From sequence record NC_024125.2: DNA of 64,000 bases, one strand, 5' to 3'. The translations under genes were made by a program, and so were the position numbers. The DNA is from Escherichia phage vB_EcoM_112. Shown one piece after another: positions 9,809-20,898 of the stretch; the stretch's first letter is position 1; every line of letters begins with the position of its first letter. Under the pieces are notes generated by a model. The model was not told the DNA's origin and did no database searches. It saw only the letters and a program-made list of their open reading frames with translations.

Positions 9809-10046
9809 TAATAATCGCCTTATAAAGATAGCTAATTTCGCCTAAAATATAATCATTGATTGTAACAGTTTTCACTTCACCGCAAAAGAATTCTAACGCA
9901 ATCAAATCTCGTTCAATTTCTTCCAATTGAAGCATTAACTTACTAGATTCTATTTTTACAGTTTCACGATTTTTGCTATAAGCAATTTCATAAGTTTCGC
10001 TTACTTTATCTTGAAGAAGATAAAACTGATCTTTAGTTATTTCCAC
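9801..10046 (-). CDS. hypothetical protein, about 81 aa from GTG start
   Basis: Tracked start 10061 is TTG without RBS; GTG at 10044-10046 has GAGGAAG RBS. Confidence 0.5.
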   Translation of the reverse strand: MEITKDQFYLLQDKVSETYEIAYSKNRETVKIESSKLMLQLEEIERDLIALEFFCGEVKTVTINDYILGEISYLYKAIIND

Positions 10047-10067
10047 GAATAGCTTCCTCAAATTTAA

Positions 10068-11387
10068 TCATACATAAAATACATCATAACGACCACGGGT
10101 AACACCAACATAAAGAAGTTGTTGGGCCAATTCAGCATCTGCATAATGAATACAAGGCGTATAGATGAAAGCACGGTCTACAGACATACCCTGAGCTTTA
10201 TGGAATGTTGACGCAGGAAGTGCTTTCACTTTACTAAACTGTGATTTAGCATCCCAAAAATCACTCCACGGGGCTTTTCCGCCTTTATTCCAATTTTTAT
10301 AAGTTTCTGCTGTTTTACCTAAAAATAAGTTAAACTTATATAGCTCTTCATCAGATGAAATTATTTTAATCTTTTCACGATAATATTCATCATCGCCGTA
10401 AGTTTCTACTGTTAAATCCCAATGACGAATTAAGTATTCTCCAGAAACACCACGAGCTTTAACAAAGGTTGATGTATACTCTGCTTCTATAATACGAACT
10501 AATTGTCCGTTATTAAAAATAATTTCTGACACAGGCTTTCCATCAATTTTATATGTTTTAATTAATGGTTCCTGCATTACAATAATTTCACCGACAATAA
10601 AATCTTTATCAGTTTCAAAAATCTTTTTACGAATAATGCTATTTAACTTGTCAACAGATTTATTCGTAAATGCCATTACGCGATTTTCAAACAAATCATC
10701 TAGTGATTTGACGATTGAAAAATAATTTACCATAAAATCGCGTAAAGCGGTATCACCAGTAAATCCACGTACTCCATGCCCGTCAACAACTTTATCATAA
10801 ATCCACTTACCGTTACGAACGTCAGTAGCTACATCAATAATAGGAGCATTACTGCGTTTAACTTCAGTGAGTTCACACTGATAAAAATCTTTGTGTGTAA
10901 AGAATGGACTGATATAAGCAGTGTTTTCTCCTGGGTCAACAGGTCTAATCTGCTTATTATCACCTATTCCAATTATAGTACACCACGGCGGGATAGTTGA
11001 AAGCAGAATTTTAAATAGCTTTCTATCATACATTGACACTTCGTCGCAGATTAATACTCTGCATTTAGCTAAATCCGGTACTTCTTTTTGTTCAAAAAGA
11101 ACGTTTTCTTCATATGTTACTGGGTTAATTTTAAGAATGCTATGAATAGTACTTGCTTCTTTCCCTGATAGTTTTGAAAGAATCTTTTTAGCCGCATGAG
11201 TAGGAGCTGCTAAAATAATACCAGTTTCACCCGTAGATATTAAAGCTTCAATGATGAACTTAGTAAGAGTAGTCTTACCGGTACCAGCAGGTCCATTAAT
11301 AGTTACATGATGTTTCTTTTCTTTAATAGCCTTCATAACAATGTTAAAGGCATTTTTCTGGCCTTCGGTCAAATCATCAAATGTCAT
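10068..11387 (-). CDS. dda: Dda 5'-3' DNA helicase (SF1B), 439 aa
   Basis: Walker A GPAGTGKT; length and N-terminus MTFDDLTEGQKNAF. Confidence 0.9.
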   Translation of the reverse strand: MTFDDLTEGQKNAFNIVMKAIKEKKHHVTINGPAGTGKTTLTKFIIEALISTGETGIILAAPTHAAKKILSKLSGKEASTIHSILKINPVTYEENVLFEQKEVPDLAKCRVLICDEVSMYDRKLFKILLSTIPPWCTIIGIGDNKQIRPVDPGENTAYISPFFTHKDFYQCELTEVKRSNAPIIDVATDVRNGKWIYDKVVDGHGVRGFTGDTALRDFMVNYFSIVKSLDDLFENRVMAFTNKSVDKLNSIIRKKIFETDKDFIVGEIIVMQEPLIKTYKIDGKPVSEIIFNNGQLVRIIEAEYTSTFVKARGVSGEYLIRHWDLTVETYGDDEYYREKIKIISSDEELYKFNLFLGKTAETYKNWNKGGKAPWSDFWDAKSQFSKVKALPASTFHKAQGMSVDRAFIYTPCIHYADAELAQQLLYVGVTRGRYDVFYV

Positions 11388-11695
11388 CGTAAATTCCCTG
11401 CAATTGGTATACTAACAATACGCCCAGTATCTAAAATTCGCTGATATAATCTTTGTGTGTCTACGTCAGGCTTAACATGTTTAACTTCTATTTTATTAAA
11501 CCAAAATTTACGTGGAGTCTCAACTAATCTTGGAATTCCCTTACCTAAAGCTAGTCGATACTGCTCTTTAAGAGTAGTAAATACTTTATCAGCAATCTTC
11601 CATTCAAAAAATACAGCAGGACGATGTTCATCAAGCGGAACTGGCGCCGTAAATCCGTCTTTGTCTCGGTAAACTATCGCATATACATAAACCAT
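11384..11695 (-). CDS. hypothetical protein, 103 aa
   Basis: ORF overlapping dda start. Confidence 0.6.
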   Translation of the reverse strand: MVYVYAIVYRDKDGFTAPVPLDEHRPAVFFEWKIADKVFTTLKEQYRLALGKGIPRLVETPRKFWFNKIEVKHVKPDVDTQRLYQRILDTGRIVSIPIAGNLR

Positions 11696-11696
11696 A

Positions 11697-12434
11697 TTAT
11701 CCTCGGATAAGTTTAAAAATTGAACAATTTAGCGGGTATCCTCTTTTCAGTTTAAGTTTATCAATAAAAGACAAGTTTTGATACCGCTCTACACCTTGAA
11801 TAATTTTATCACACATATCATATTGCATTTCTGCTTCTGACAGCTTTTTCACAATTTTCCAATCCGAGCCTTTAAGAAGAACGTTCAATTTAACAGCTTC
11901 AGCGCCTTCTGCTATGCGAGAACCATCAATACGAGCTTTAAGTGCTATAATCCTTAGCTTAATGTCAGAGGTCTGTTTTGATTTAGAAAGCTGAGAAATG
12001 TGTTCAATTCGGTTTTCACGTTTTTTCTGTATAGCTTTAATTTGATTATAAGTCTTTTTGATTTTAGCCCATTTCTTTTCATCTAAATTTAGTTTATAAA
12101 CTTTTTTCGCAGATGAACGACCAATTCGCAAAGCAAATAAATCACGCTTTTCAATCAACTCTTCTAAAGTATAATCAGAACGAAATGTATTATACTTTTT
12201 CTTTACTGCAATAACATTCCCTTTAATGTATCCAACGTTATTATCAAAACGTTCTAATGATAATTTCTCTCCTTCAATACGATTATCAAAAGGTTCTCCC
12301 GAGTAAGCACAAACTTTCTGATCTAAAATGTTCTTAATGTAATTGAAGTCTAAGTTAAAATCTTTAGAACGTCTTTTTGCAGATGCCTGAGTATGCTCTA
12401 AACGACGTTTAATTTGGTTATTAGACAGCTTCAT
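11697..12434 (-). CDS. hypothetical basic protein, 245 aa (position of T4 srd)
   Basis: ATG at 12432-12434; lysine-rich C-terminal half. Confidence 0.55.
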   Translation of the reverse strand: MKLSNNQIKRRLEHTQASAKRRSKDFNLDFNYIKNILDQKVCAYSGEPFDNRIEGEKLSLERFDNNVGYIKGNVIAVKKKYNTFRSDYTLEELIEKRDLFALRIGRSSAKKVYKLNLDEKKWAKIKKTYNQIKAIQKKRENRIEHISQLSKSKQTSDIKLRIIALKARIDGSRIAEGAEAVKLNVLLKGSDWKIVKKLSEAEMQYDMCDKIIQGVERYQNLSFIDKLKLKRGYPLNCSIFKLIRG

Positions 12435-12470
12435 ATTTTTCTCACATCTTACGGACGGTTAACTACTTAT

Positions 12471-12500
12471 ACTATAACATTTTTACCTTAACTTGTAAAC
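12471..12500 (-). promoter_or_regulatory. T4-type early promoter (GTTTAC-N18-TATAGT)
   Basis: Plus gtaaac 12495-12500, actata 12471-12476. Confidence 0.5.
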
Positions 12501-12557
12501 AACTTTATGTAAAAATGCTTTAAAAATTTCATGGTATAATGAATCTAAGTCCTTCCA

Positions 12558-13160
12558 TTATAGATTAAATCCTTCAAAATCAAGAGTATAGATAGTGTAT
12601 GTTGAATACTTTTTGTACTCATATCTATCTGCAATTCTAAATACGCTTCCAGCTGGTATCATTACTTCTTGTTCATCTGAAACTAATTCCATATTACGAT
12701 AACGATGGCTATCCGGAAACTTAAAGTTTGGATTGTATTCTTTACAGCGTAGAGCTTTTATAGCATACTCCTGGAAATTGAATACCATAGGAGCTTTGAA
12801 TTCAAAAATAACTTGTGTGTTATACTCTAAACCGGAAGCAAAATGTAGAGCTATATTTTTATCATATGAAGCTGATACTACTTTATCAAATGTAATAATA
12901 TCAATTCCTTGATTTAACACCTGCTTAGTCTCAGCTGGAACACCTCTCCAAAGAGGTTTATCGTTTGGAACCAAACGAGATTTGATTATTTCATTTAACC
13001 AAGTATGGTCATCTGGTTTGTTGGTAATACAATGAATTAAAAGTTCAATTTCAGATAAATTAAACCCTTCAGAAAGTAATTCTTCACGAATAGAAGCACG
13101 CACCGATGCATCCATTGATTTTATTTTAAAATCTTTTAGTTGCATTACTGAGTATTTCAT
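12558..13160 (-). CDS. modA: ADP-ribosyltransferase ModA, 200 aa
   Basis: R-S-E triad elements (LWRG, SAS, EQEVMIP); length; tandem with modB. Confidence 0.85.
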   Translation of the reverse strand: MKYSVMQLKDFKIKSMDASVRASIREELLSEGFNLSEIELLIHCITNKPDDHTWLNEIIKSRLVPNDKPLWRGVPAETKQVLNQGIDIITFDKVVSASYDKNIALHFASGLEYNTQVIFEFKAPMVFNFQEYAIKALRCKEYNPNFKFPDSHRYRNMELVSDEQEVMIPAGSVFRIADRYEYKKYSTYTIYTLDFEGFNL

Positions 13161-13780
13161 TCAACTACCTCAATATCATAAACTTTAAATGTTCCAAAAG
13201 AATCGTGTAATTTTTCTTTTGAAATAGAAGTTATTCTATACTTTCCAATTGGAATCATCCATTCTTGTTCACGCACAATCATCATTAAGTTATCAGTACG
13301 CTCTGAATCTAATCCATCAGTATCTTCATATGTATACTTAAACTCAGTATTAGGAGAAGAAAGTATAATATCGCTGATATGGTCAGAGTAATTAAAAGCT
13401 TTATCAGTTTTTAAACGAAGTATTGTTTCAGTGAAATATTCAGCATAAGAAAAAGAACACGCTGTATGCAAACTAGTAGTAAATGAATCTACCCTGTTCG
13501 TTGAAAACACTTCTCCAATTTGTAAATCTTTAATAAGTTCTTTTGTCGATTTTGATATACCACGATATAACTGATAAGGCGATTTAGTTAAATGCTTTTT
13601 AATGATTTTATTCAACTGCCTATGAATAGCTTCATTCTTTTTGGCTTCCATACATTGCCAAAGAACAGACTGCTCGAAGCCAGTAAATTTTTCACAGACT
13701 TTTTTATACATATCATATTGAAAATCAACGCTTTCAGCTTTTATAGATAACTGTTCAACATCTGCAGGATTAATAATCAT
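13157..13780 (-). CDS. modB: ADP-ribosyltransferase ModB, 207 aa
   Basis: Paralog of ModA (LYRG, FST, EQEWMIP); ATGA overlap with modA. Confidence 0.85.
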   Translation of the reverse strand: MIINPADVEQLSIKAESVDFQYDMYKKVCEKFTGFEQSVLWQCMEAKKNEAIHRQLNKIIKKHLTKSPYQLYRGISKSTKELIKDLQIGEVFSTNRVDSFTTSLHTACSFSYAEYFTETILRLKTDKAFNYSDHISDIILSSPNTEFKYTYEDTDGLDSERTDNLMMIVREQEWMIPIGKYRITSISKEKLHDSFGTFKVYDIEVVE

Positions 13781-13806
13781 GATAGCCTCCGTATACTTCA
13801 GAAGCT

Positions 13807-13836
13807 ATCATATCATTGTTAGAAAGGAAAGTAAAC
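13807..13836 (-). promoter_or_regulatory. T4-type early promoter candidate (GTTTAC plus weak -10)
   Basis: Plus gtaaac 13831-13836; -10 TATGAT-like. Confidence 0.4.
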
Positions 13837-13847
13837 AACTTTTTGAA

Positions 13848-14030
13848 TTATTTTGCCCAGGGAGCCCAAGGCGGAGGGTCAAGATGGTATGAAGCTAGTT
13901 CTTCTAGAAGAGCATCTGGGGCTTCAATTCCATAATTCTGTAATACTATACGGTACTCTTTCTTATAATCACTAGAATCATTCTGGATATTCGTAGAATG
14001 ATTATCTTCTAACATCTCAAATAAATCCAT
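13848..14030 (-). CDS. hypothetical protein, 60 aa
   Basis: ORF track. Confidence 0.5.
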   Translation of the reverse strand: MDLFEMLEDNHSTNIQNDSSDYKKEYRIVLQNYGIEAPDALLEELASYHLDPPPWAPWAK

Positions 14031-14183
14031 ATTAATTCCTAGCGATAAAAACCAAAGTGACGATTAGCTTCAATAATCTTTCTTTCTTCTTCGGACATTC
14101 TCCAGCGTAGTCCAACATCAAAATGAGCCCAGACCATCTTAACAAATGCGTGTATGTCTTTAATATCTTCAATAATGAATGTT

Positions 14184-14501
14184 TTACGGTTGACTCGCTA
14201 ATTTAACTTTATCATCTTCAAACAGGTCAAAAAGACCATATTCATGAGCTCTTTTATAGCCTTTAATAGTTAAAGCTTCAGAAGAAGAAAATGGTGAATC
14301 AGTATTTTGCAAAATATCTTCAGTATGCTTTATAATTAGAATAATATTTTCTGGATATTTTCTTTCTTTTATATCTTTAATTAAAAAATCCGGATTTTCT
14401 GCTAAAGGAATAATTAATGAGCATTTTTTATCAAGTGTATTTACTGATTTACCTTCTTTAGACATAAATTCTATTGAATAATGTTTTGCTACTTCAATCA
14501 T
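14184..14501 (-). CDS. hypothetical protein, 105 aa
   Basis: ATG at 14499-14501. Confidence 0.55.
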
Positions 14502-14658
14502 GTGATTTCCTTTTGCCTACTAATGGACCATCGGGAATTTTGTTTTCCTGGATATATTTCTCATTTTCTTCCATCATTTTACTGCCAATTTTAAGAAGCA
14601 AATCCATTGCTTCATTTGCTTTTGCTTTAGCCTCTTCCAATGTCATATCTTTGTTCAT
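14494..14658 (-). CDS. hypothetical small protein, 54 aa; not in ORF track
   Basis: ATG 14656-14658 overlaps upstream stop (ATGA); TGA at 14494-14496 overlaps next start. Confidence 0.4.
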
Positions 14659-14858
14659 GATTTATCCCCATAGATGTCTCTCATCAATTTAAGCGCTGAG
14701 CGTTCTAATTTCTTTTCTTTCTCAGCACTAATCATTGATTTCATCCATTCTTCCGATTCGTTCTGCATTTCTTTATTTGCTTGTTCAACCCAACCATCAT
14801 CAATATACATTGAGTTTGGTCTATTGAACCATTCAAGTATTTTCTTCAGAACTTTCAT
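14655..14858 (-). CDS. hypothetical protein, 67 aa
   Basis: ORF track. Confidence 0.5.
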
Positions 14859-15234
14859 TTGTTTTACCTAAAACGACAGTAGGAGCATCGTCAAATTCAT
14901 GAATTTTTAGCAAATTTGGATTTAAATTATTCCATAAAGAAGTAATAAAATATGATAAAGCATCTTCGTCCACAATTATAAACTTATTTCCTTTATCTAT
15001 TTCCCAACTATATGCTGAATCATATGAATAAAAAGATAAAGGTTCATCATTATATTTTTCTGTGTTAACATTAATGTATTCTGATTTAGTAAATGCTTCA
15101 ATTGCTCTAAACGGACTATTTGGCACAGTTTCAATAATTCCGATCTTTTTAAGTTTTATTTCAACATCTTCTGGAACTGGCATTGAAACGAAATTTTCTA
15201 CGAGATACATAGGGTTACAATAAACCCTTATCAA
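14833..15234 (-). CDS. hypothetical protein, 133 aa
   Basis: ORF track. Confidence 0.55.
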   Translation of the reverse strand: MIRVYCNPMYLVENFVSMPVPEDVEIKLKKIGIIETVPNSPFRAIEAFTKSEYINVNTEKYNDEPLSFYSYDSAYSWEIDKGNKFIIVDEDALSYFITSLWNNLNPNLLKIHEFDDAPTVVLGKTNESSEENT

Positions 15235-15327
15235 TCACTACGGCTACAGTAATTGGAACATCTTTAGCAAACGACATGCTATTACTGCTAATATACATTT
15301 CAAACAAAATCGCTTCCATAATTTTCC

Positions 15328-15672
15328 TCAATCACAAGATGTAGATGAACAACTAGAATCACAAGAACTTCCACATGAATCACCTGCCCATACATGAACA
15401 GGAACATTGGTGTCATATGAATCAGAACTAGACTGTGTATTCTGTGCATTAGATGATGTAGTAGGTACTGACCAGCGCCAAGGATTTTTATAATATTCTC
15501 TTGGGGCTTCTTCATAAGTCATAGTAACTGCTTCTACTGTTCCATCTCCCATATAAACATATTCAACTACAGTTAAAGGAAGATAGTCATTTGAAATAGG
15601 AACTACACCTTCTCCCGGAGTTGTAGAGAAAAAATCTGTAAAGAAATTTTTAAACCAATTAAAGATAAACAT
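15328..15672 (-). CDS. hypothetical protein with Cys/Ser-rich C-terminal tail, 114 aa
   Basis: Tail [18 protein letters not shown]. Confidence 0.55.
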   Translation of the reverse strand: MFIFNWFKNFFTDFFSTTPGEGVVPISNDYLPLTVVEYVYMGDGTVEAVTMTYEEAPREYYKNPWRWSVPTTSSNAQNTQSSSDSYDTNVPVHVWAGDSCGSSCDSSCSSTSCD

Positions 15673-15878
15673 TACAAAAAGCCTCTTTTGAATTCAACTT
15701 GCTTCTCACCATAATCATATCGAATCTCTGCATTAAATTCGACAGAGCCATCTGCGTACATCATAAATGAATGCACAACAACTTCTGTAGACCATGGTTG
15801 TAGTTCATATTTCTTCATTACATGCCGTGAAATGATAATATCTAAATCTTCATTTGGTTTAATCCAACGATTTAACAT
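15672..15878 (-). CDS. hypothetical protein, 68 aa
   Basis: ATG at 15876-15878. Confidence 0.55.
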   Translation of the reverse strand: MLNRWIKPNEDLDIIISRHVMKKYELQPWSTEVVVHSFMMYADGSVEFNAEIRYDYGEKQVEFKRGFL

Positions 15879-15904
15879 AGTGCTCTCCTCTATAAGATAA
15901 TTCT

Positions 15905-15934
15905 ATTATACCATACTCATTTTGGAAAGTAAAC
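15905..15934 (-). promoter_or_regulatory. T4-type early promoter (GTTTAC-N18-TATAAT)
   Basis: Plus gtaaac 15929-15934, attata 15905-15910. Confidence 0.6.
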
Positions 15935-15950
15935 CGTTTAAATGAAAAAA

Positions 15951-15968
15951 GGACTCCCGAAGGAGTCC
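15951..15968 (-). terminator. intrinsic terminator-like CUUCGG hairpin after soc
   Basis: GGACUCC-UUCG-GGAGUCC on transcript followed by UUUUUUCAUUU; 9 nt after soc stop. Confidence 0.65.
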
Positions 15969-15976
15969 TTGAATTA

Positions 15977-16213
15977 TTAACCACCTATTTCTGTAGGCGT
16001 AAACATTGCAGCATTCTTAGTTTTCCAATCAGCTGCATCAGAAACTACAGTAGAATATGCCGCCTTTTCAGAAGGAAAGGTCTGATAATGAGAATCTGCA
16101 ATACGATGCTCGTTAGAATAGATTTCAAACGGAACAGAAACTTCCATACCTTTAACTTCTTTGCCTTCACCCGCTGGATGAGTAAAGGTCTTGATGTTAA
16201 CAAAACCACCCAT
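15977..16213 (-). CDS. soc: small outer capsid protein Soc, 78 aa
   Basis: Core YQTFPSEKAAYSTV as I recall for Soc; late promoter upstream. Confidence 0.8.
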   Translation of the reverse strand: MGGFVNIKTFTHPAGEGKEVKGMEVSVPFEIYSNEHRIADSHYQTFPSEKAAYSTVVSDAADWKTKNAAMFTPTEIGG

Positions 16214-16244
16214 AATAAACTCCTTTATTGTTTAATTACAGGTG

Positions 16245-16252
16245 TATTTATA
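16245..16252 (-). promoter_or_regulatory. T4 late promoter TATAAATA upstream of soc
   Basis: Plus tatttata 16245-16252, about 32 nt before soc ATG with AAGGAG RBS. Confidence 0.6.
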
Positions 16253-16255
16253 TCA

Positions 16256-16774
16256 TCAATAACCTCGGTCTTGACGTGCGAAGTTTTCGGCATTTTTCAG
16301 ATAATAAAGTTTAAAGATTTCTTCAGCCGACATTCCAAGAGCAATAAATTTATTCATGAAAAAGTGAAATTGGTCAATCAGTTCAAATTTAATTTCAAGC
16401 TGATCTTCAGGAGATAAATCTTGAATTTTCTTGGATTGCATTTCAGAATAACGTTTCTTCCAAGGTTTCCATACGGCAGAAGCTTCTTTTTCACCATTAC
16501 TCATACCACCAAGAGAAGTATATAGCTCGCGAGTTTCGTCTGCGATATAATCGTCTTGGTTTCGCAGCCAAGCAAGAACTTCTCCTGCAGTTTCAAGTGA
16601 ATCGGGATGACGATTTGTTTCTGGTTTATCATTAGCCAAACGAATCTGTAAATGCCGCTGCATGTCAAGCATAACCTGTAGTGGGTCAATATTGTGCATA
16701 ATATTCTCAGCATATGCACGATTTGCTTTATCAACACCTTCGATCAAATGAGCACATTCATTAAAGTGAGCCAT
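16256..16774 (-). CDS. 56: dCTP/dUTP pyrophosphatase gp56 (MazG-like), about 172 aa
   Basis: MAHFNECAHLIEG N-terminus from ATG at 16772-16774; EASAVW...ELIDQFHF motifs. Confidence 0.85.
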   Translation of the reverse strand: MAHFNECAHLIEGVDKANRAYAENIMHNIDPLQVMLDMQRHLQIRLANDKPETNRHPDSLETAGEVLAWLRNQDDYIADETRELYTSLGGMSNGEKEASAVWKPWKKRYSEMQSKKIQDLSPEDQLEIKFELIDQFHFFMNKFIALGMSAEEIFKLYYLKNAENFARQDRGY

Positions 16775-16834
16775 TATTTTTCCTTTCAATTCATTAATAA
16801 GTTAAATAATTATATCATTTGAATATGTAAGCAA

Positions 16835-18174
<1,340 letters not shown>

Positions 18175-18199
18175 TATATCATCCTCAGCAATTTATTTT

Positions 18200-18229
18200 A
18201 TAATACCATAACAAGCTGAGAAAGTAAAC
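18200..18229 (-). promoter_or_regulatory. T4-type early promoter (GTTTAC-N18-TATTAT)
   Basis: Plus gtaaac 18224-18229, ataata 18200-18205. Confidence 0.5.
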
Positions 18230-18265
18230 AATTTATGATAAATATTAATTTAAAGGAGGATATAT

Positions 18266-18466
18266 ATGGTACAAAAATTAATGGCACTTGTTAATGCCAT
18301 AAAAGGTAATAAAAAGCGTATAGCTTTTACTATTTCTGCTATGGTAGGAATTTTACTCTGGAACTTTATTTTAACACCTGTTGCAATTGCACATGGTGTT
18401 AATATTCCAGTAGTTACTCTTGATACATTCGTAGATTTAGCATTTGCTTTAGTTGGGTTAATTTAA
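18266..18466 (+). CDS. small hydrophobic (two predicted TM segments) protein, 66 aa, on the opposite strand
   Basis: Strong RBS AAGGAGG 7 nt before ATG 18266; only plus-strand ORF in an intergenic gap; stop overlaps gene 61 stop. Confidence 0.45.
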   Translation: MVQKLMALVNAIKGNKKRIAFTISAMVGILLWNFILTPVAIAHGVNIPVVTLDTFVDLAFALVGLI

Positions 18467-19491
18467 ATCTTAGCATATTTAGATAGCCGCATTTTAGCCA
18501 TCAACCCCTGGGCAATATTATTTTTCATATATTCCATAATTTGTTCAGGGGTTGCACCTTCCTTTCTAATCATATCATTAACATCTTTTGATTTCCAGGG
18601 AGATTTATCCCAAAACATAACCCTTTCTCCTGCATCAACTAATTTAGTCATTCGCTTAATAGTGTCAGGATGACGAGGTTCATTATCTAAAACCCACACA
18701 CGTCTATCTTTAAATGGAACAACTTCTAGGTCTAATTGACCACCCGTAATAGCTATACCATTTTCAATAAAAAGTGAATCTATAGGTCCTTCTAGAACAT
18801 ATACATCACCATCTTTAACTCGTTCGACTCCATATATTTTTGTTGCCTCAGGATAAGCTTTGATGGTGATATATTTTTGAGGAGCATCTTTCTTTAATGC
18901 ACGTCCTTGAAAAGACTCAGCTTTTCCATTATCATTATAAATTGGAATAACAAGACGAGGCTCAGGTATTTCCTTTTTATATGTTCCCGGTGCTATGCTA
19001 TTAACTAATTTAGGCCATTCGGTTGTAAACCAAAGATATTTCCATTTATCCTTTGGAATACAACGAGCTTTTACATATTTTATAATTGGATGGTCTTCCG
19101 CCAGTTTATCTAATCTAATACATGACGGAAGAGATTTAATTATTTTCTTCTCGGGTTGTTTAGGAAGTTCTTTAGGTTTTTCTACTGGACGACTTTTACC
19201 TTTTTCTTTTCTTATTTCAAAGATATACTCACGATATAAATCAGGTTCAAACTCCTTTAAATATATTCCGATTGGTGCATGATAGTTACAGTTATAACAA
19301 TGAATATTTCCTTCATTATTATCACCATAATACCATCCACGAGCTTTATTCTGGTCGGTTTTTGAATCTCCACAAACGGGACATCTAAACCGCAATTTAA
19401 AAGTTGAACTATTATTTACTTGTGTGAATTTAGGTAAATGAGCTAATGCACGGTATGCAAACTCATTATCAATCCAAGGTATTGATGACAT
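18463..19491 (-). CDS. 61: DNA primase gp61, 342 aa
   Basis: N-terminal zinc ribbon CPVCGDS...CYNC; TOPRIM-like core; length. Confidence 0.9.
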   Translation of the reverse strand: MSSIPWIDNEFAYRALAHLPKFTQVNNSSTFKLRFRCPVCGDSKTDQNKARGWYYGDNNEGNIHCYNCNYHAPIGIYLKEFEPDLYREYIFEIRKEKGKSRPVEKPKELPKQPEKKIIKSLPSCIRLDKLAEDHPIIKYVKARCIPKDKWKYLWFTTEWPKLVNSIAPGTYKKEIPEPRLVIPIYNDNGKAESFQGRALKKDAPQKYITIKAYPEATKIYGVERVKDGDVYVLEGPIDSLFIENGIAITGGQLDLEVVPFKDRRVWVLDNEPRHPDTIKRMTKLVDAGERVMFWDKSPWKSKDVNDMIRKEGATPEQIMEYMKNNIAQGLMAKMRLSKYAKI

Positions 19492-19493
19492 TT

Positions 19494-19658
19494 TTACTCT
19501 TCTTTTTCTTTAGATTCCTCTTTTTTCTTTTTAGGAATCTGTTCAGGACCTTTATTTACTACAGCACCTGACGTTGTTCCAGTGGAGATATTTTCAGGAT
19601 TACCACCTGAATCTCCAGCTACCATATCTTCTTTAATAAATTCTTTATATGTTTTCAT
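19494..19658 (-). CDS. hypothetical small protein, 54 aa; not in ORF track
   Basis: ATG 19656-19658, TAA 19494-19496; lysine/glutamate-rich tail. Confidence 0.4.
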   Translation of the reverse strand: MKTYKEFIKEDMVAGDSGGNPENISTGTTSGAVVNKGPEQIPKKKKEESKEKEE

Positions 19659-19659
19659 A

Positions 19660-20286
19660 TTAACCTCTATTCATAAAAGCATTAAAAATTTGGTCATCAA
19701 TAGAAACATCTACTTTAGACTGTTTTTCTGATGGTAATTCATATCCACATATTACAATTTTGTGATCAATATCAAAATACACAGAAGCAATATGATTAAT
19801 GATGTTTTCAGTAAAGTCTAAATCAACATCAATATCTTTTTGACCACAGCCCAAAGGATAAATAATGCGAGTAATTCGATTATCTTTAACAAAGATTCCA
19901 CCGACATACTCTGTGCTGCGTTTAAAGTCTACACGCCAACGAAATGAAAAATATTCAGGCTCTTTATGAGCTCTGCTCATAGGACACAACGAGTAACTAG
20001 AATAAGAGATGTCAAATCCTACGCCTTCAATATGAGCCAAAGTATCATGATTAAACCAATTATAATCGTACGCCAAATCCATTAGATTATAATATGTAAA
20101 AGGCACCGGATTAACGTCATTAGTCACAAGCATGTAATTAGCAACTGCTATAATTTCATTGTTTTTAACGAATACAAACCGTGATTGATGCGAATGACCT
20201 GGACCCGCGTTTTCACGATTAATGATATAACACTGGGCACCTTTATATTTGTATGTATCTTTGCACTTGTGCATTTGATAGAGCAT
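19660..20286 (-). CDS. hypothetical protein, 208 aa
   Basis: ORF track; stop/start coupled with sp. Confidence 0.6.
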   Translation of the reverse strand: MLYQMHKCKDTYKYKGAQCYIINRENAGPGHSHQSRFVFVKNNEIIAVANYMLVTNDVNPVPFTYYNLMDLAYDYNWFNHDTLAHIEGVGFDISYSSYSLCPMSRAHKEPEYFSFRWRVDFKRSTEYVGGIFVKDNRITRIIYPLGCGQKDIDVDLDFTENIINHIASVYFDIDHKIVICGYELPSEKQSKVDVSIDDQIFNAFMNRG

Positions 20287-20579
20287 TATTCACCTACCAC
20301 TTCAGCGATGATATTTTTATTATTAAAGTTTTTATCGCAATACAGAACATAATTATACTGCATTACACCACCAGATTTAAGTTGTTTTTGCACTTCAGCT
20401 TTCATTTCAGGACGATCACGTTCAACGATATTCATAATATCCGCTTCAATTTGAATTTCAACTTCAGTCTGATCTGCAGTCATAGACCATTCGCACAAAT
20501 CTTTGTCATAACCCGCCATAGCAGGCTGAGCAGCGCAAGAAGATAAAGCAAAAATTGCAGCAAAGATAAATTTTTTCAT
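20286..20579 (-). CDS. sp: periplasmic protein Spackle, 97 aa
   Basis: Signal peptide MKKFIFAAIFALSSCAAQPAMA; length and synteny. Confidence 0.8.
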   Translation of the reverse strand: MKKFIFAAIFALSSCAAQPAMAGYDKDLCEWSMTADQTEVEIQIEADIMNIVERDRPEMKAEVQKQLKSGGVMQYNYVLYCDKNFNNKNIIAEVVGE

Positions 20580-20607
20580 GATAATCTCCTCAGTAGTTTA
20601 TGTTTAT

Positions 20608-20637
20608 ATAGTATCTCAATTTCCAATAAAAGTAAAC
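20608..20637 (-). promoter_or_regulatory. T4-type early promoter (GTTTAC-N18-TACTAT)
   Basis: Plus gtaaac 20632-20637, atagta 20608-20613. Confidence 0.55.
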
Positions 20638-20639
20638 AG

Positions 20640-20897
20640 TTATTTTAAAACTTCTGCATAATCACATGTTACAAACTGTTTCTCTAACTTGGCGATTTTA
20701 CGAAAGTATCTTTTGCATTGACGAATCTGTCGCTTTGTAGGGCGCACAGCAAACTTAATAAATTCCACTCGACCAAATGGAGGGCTTTCTTCTGCCGGAA
20801 TATCTAATACTAATTCCCACGTATCTGCAATAAGTGCTTTGAATTGAGTATTTTTCCTGACATTATACGGAGTAGGTTTAAATAAAACGATATGCAT
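20640..20897 (-). CDS. hypothetical protein, about 85 aa
   Basis: ATG at 20895-20897 with GAGGA RBS right after dmd stop; tracked longer form overlaps dmd. Confidence 0.5.
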   Translation of the reverse strand: MHIVLFKPTPYNVRKNTQFKALIADTWELVLDIPAEESPPFGRVEFIKFAVRPTKRQIRQCKRYFRKIAKLEKQFVTCDYAEVLK

Positions 20898-20898
20898 A

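Noticed and set aside
12531-12545. Plus-strand TATAAT-like element (tggtataatg) near modA
   Set aside because: No plus-strand gene downstream; more likely chance occurrence in AT-rich DNA or part of a minus-strand element.
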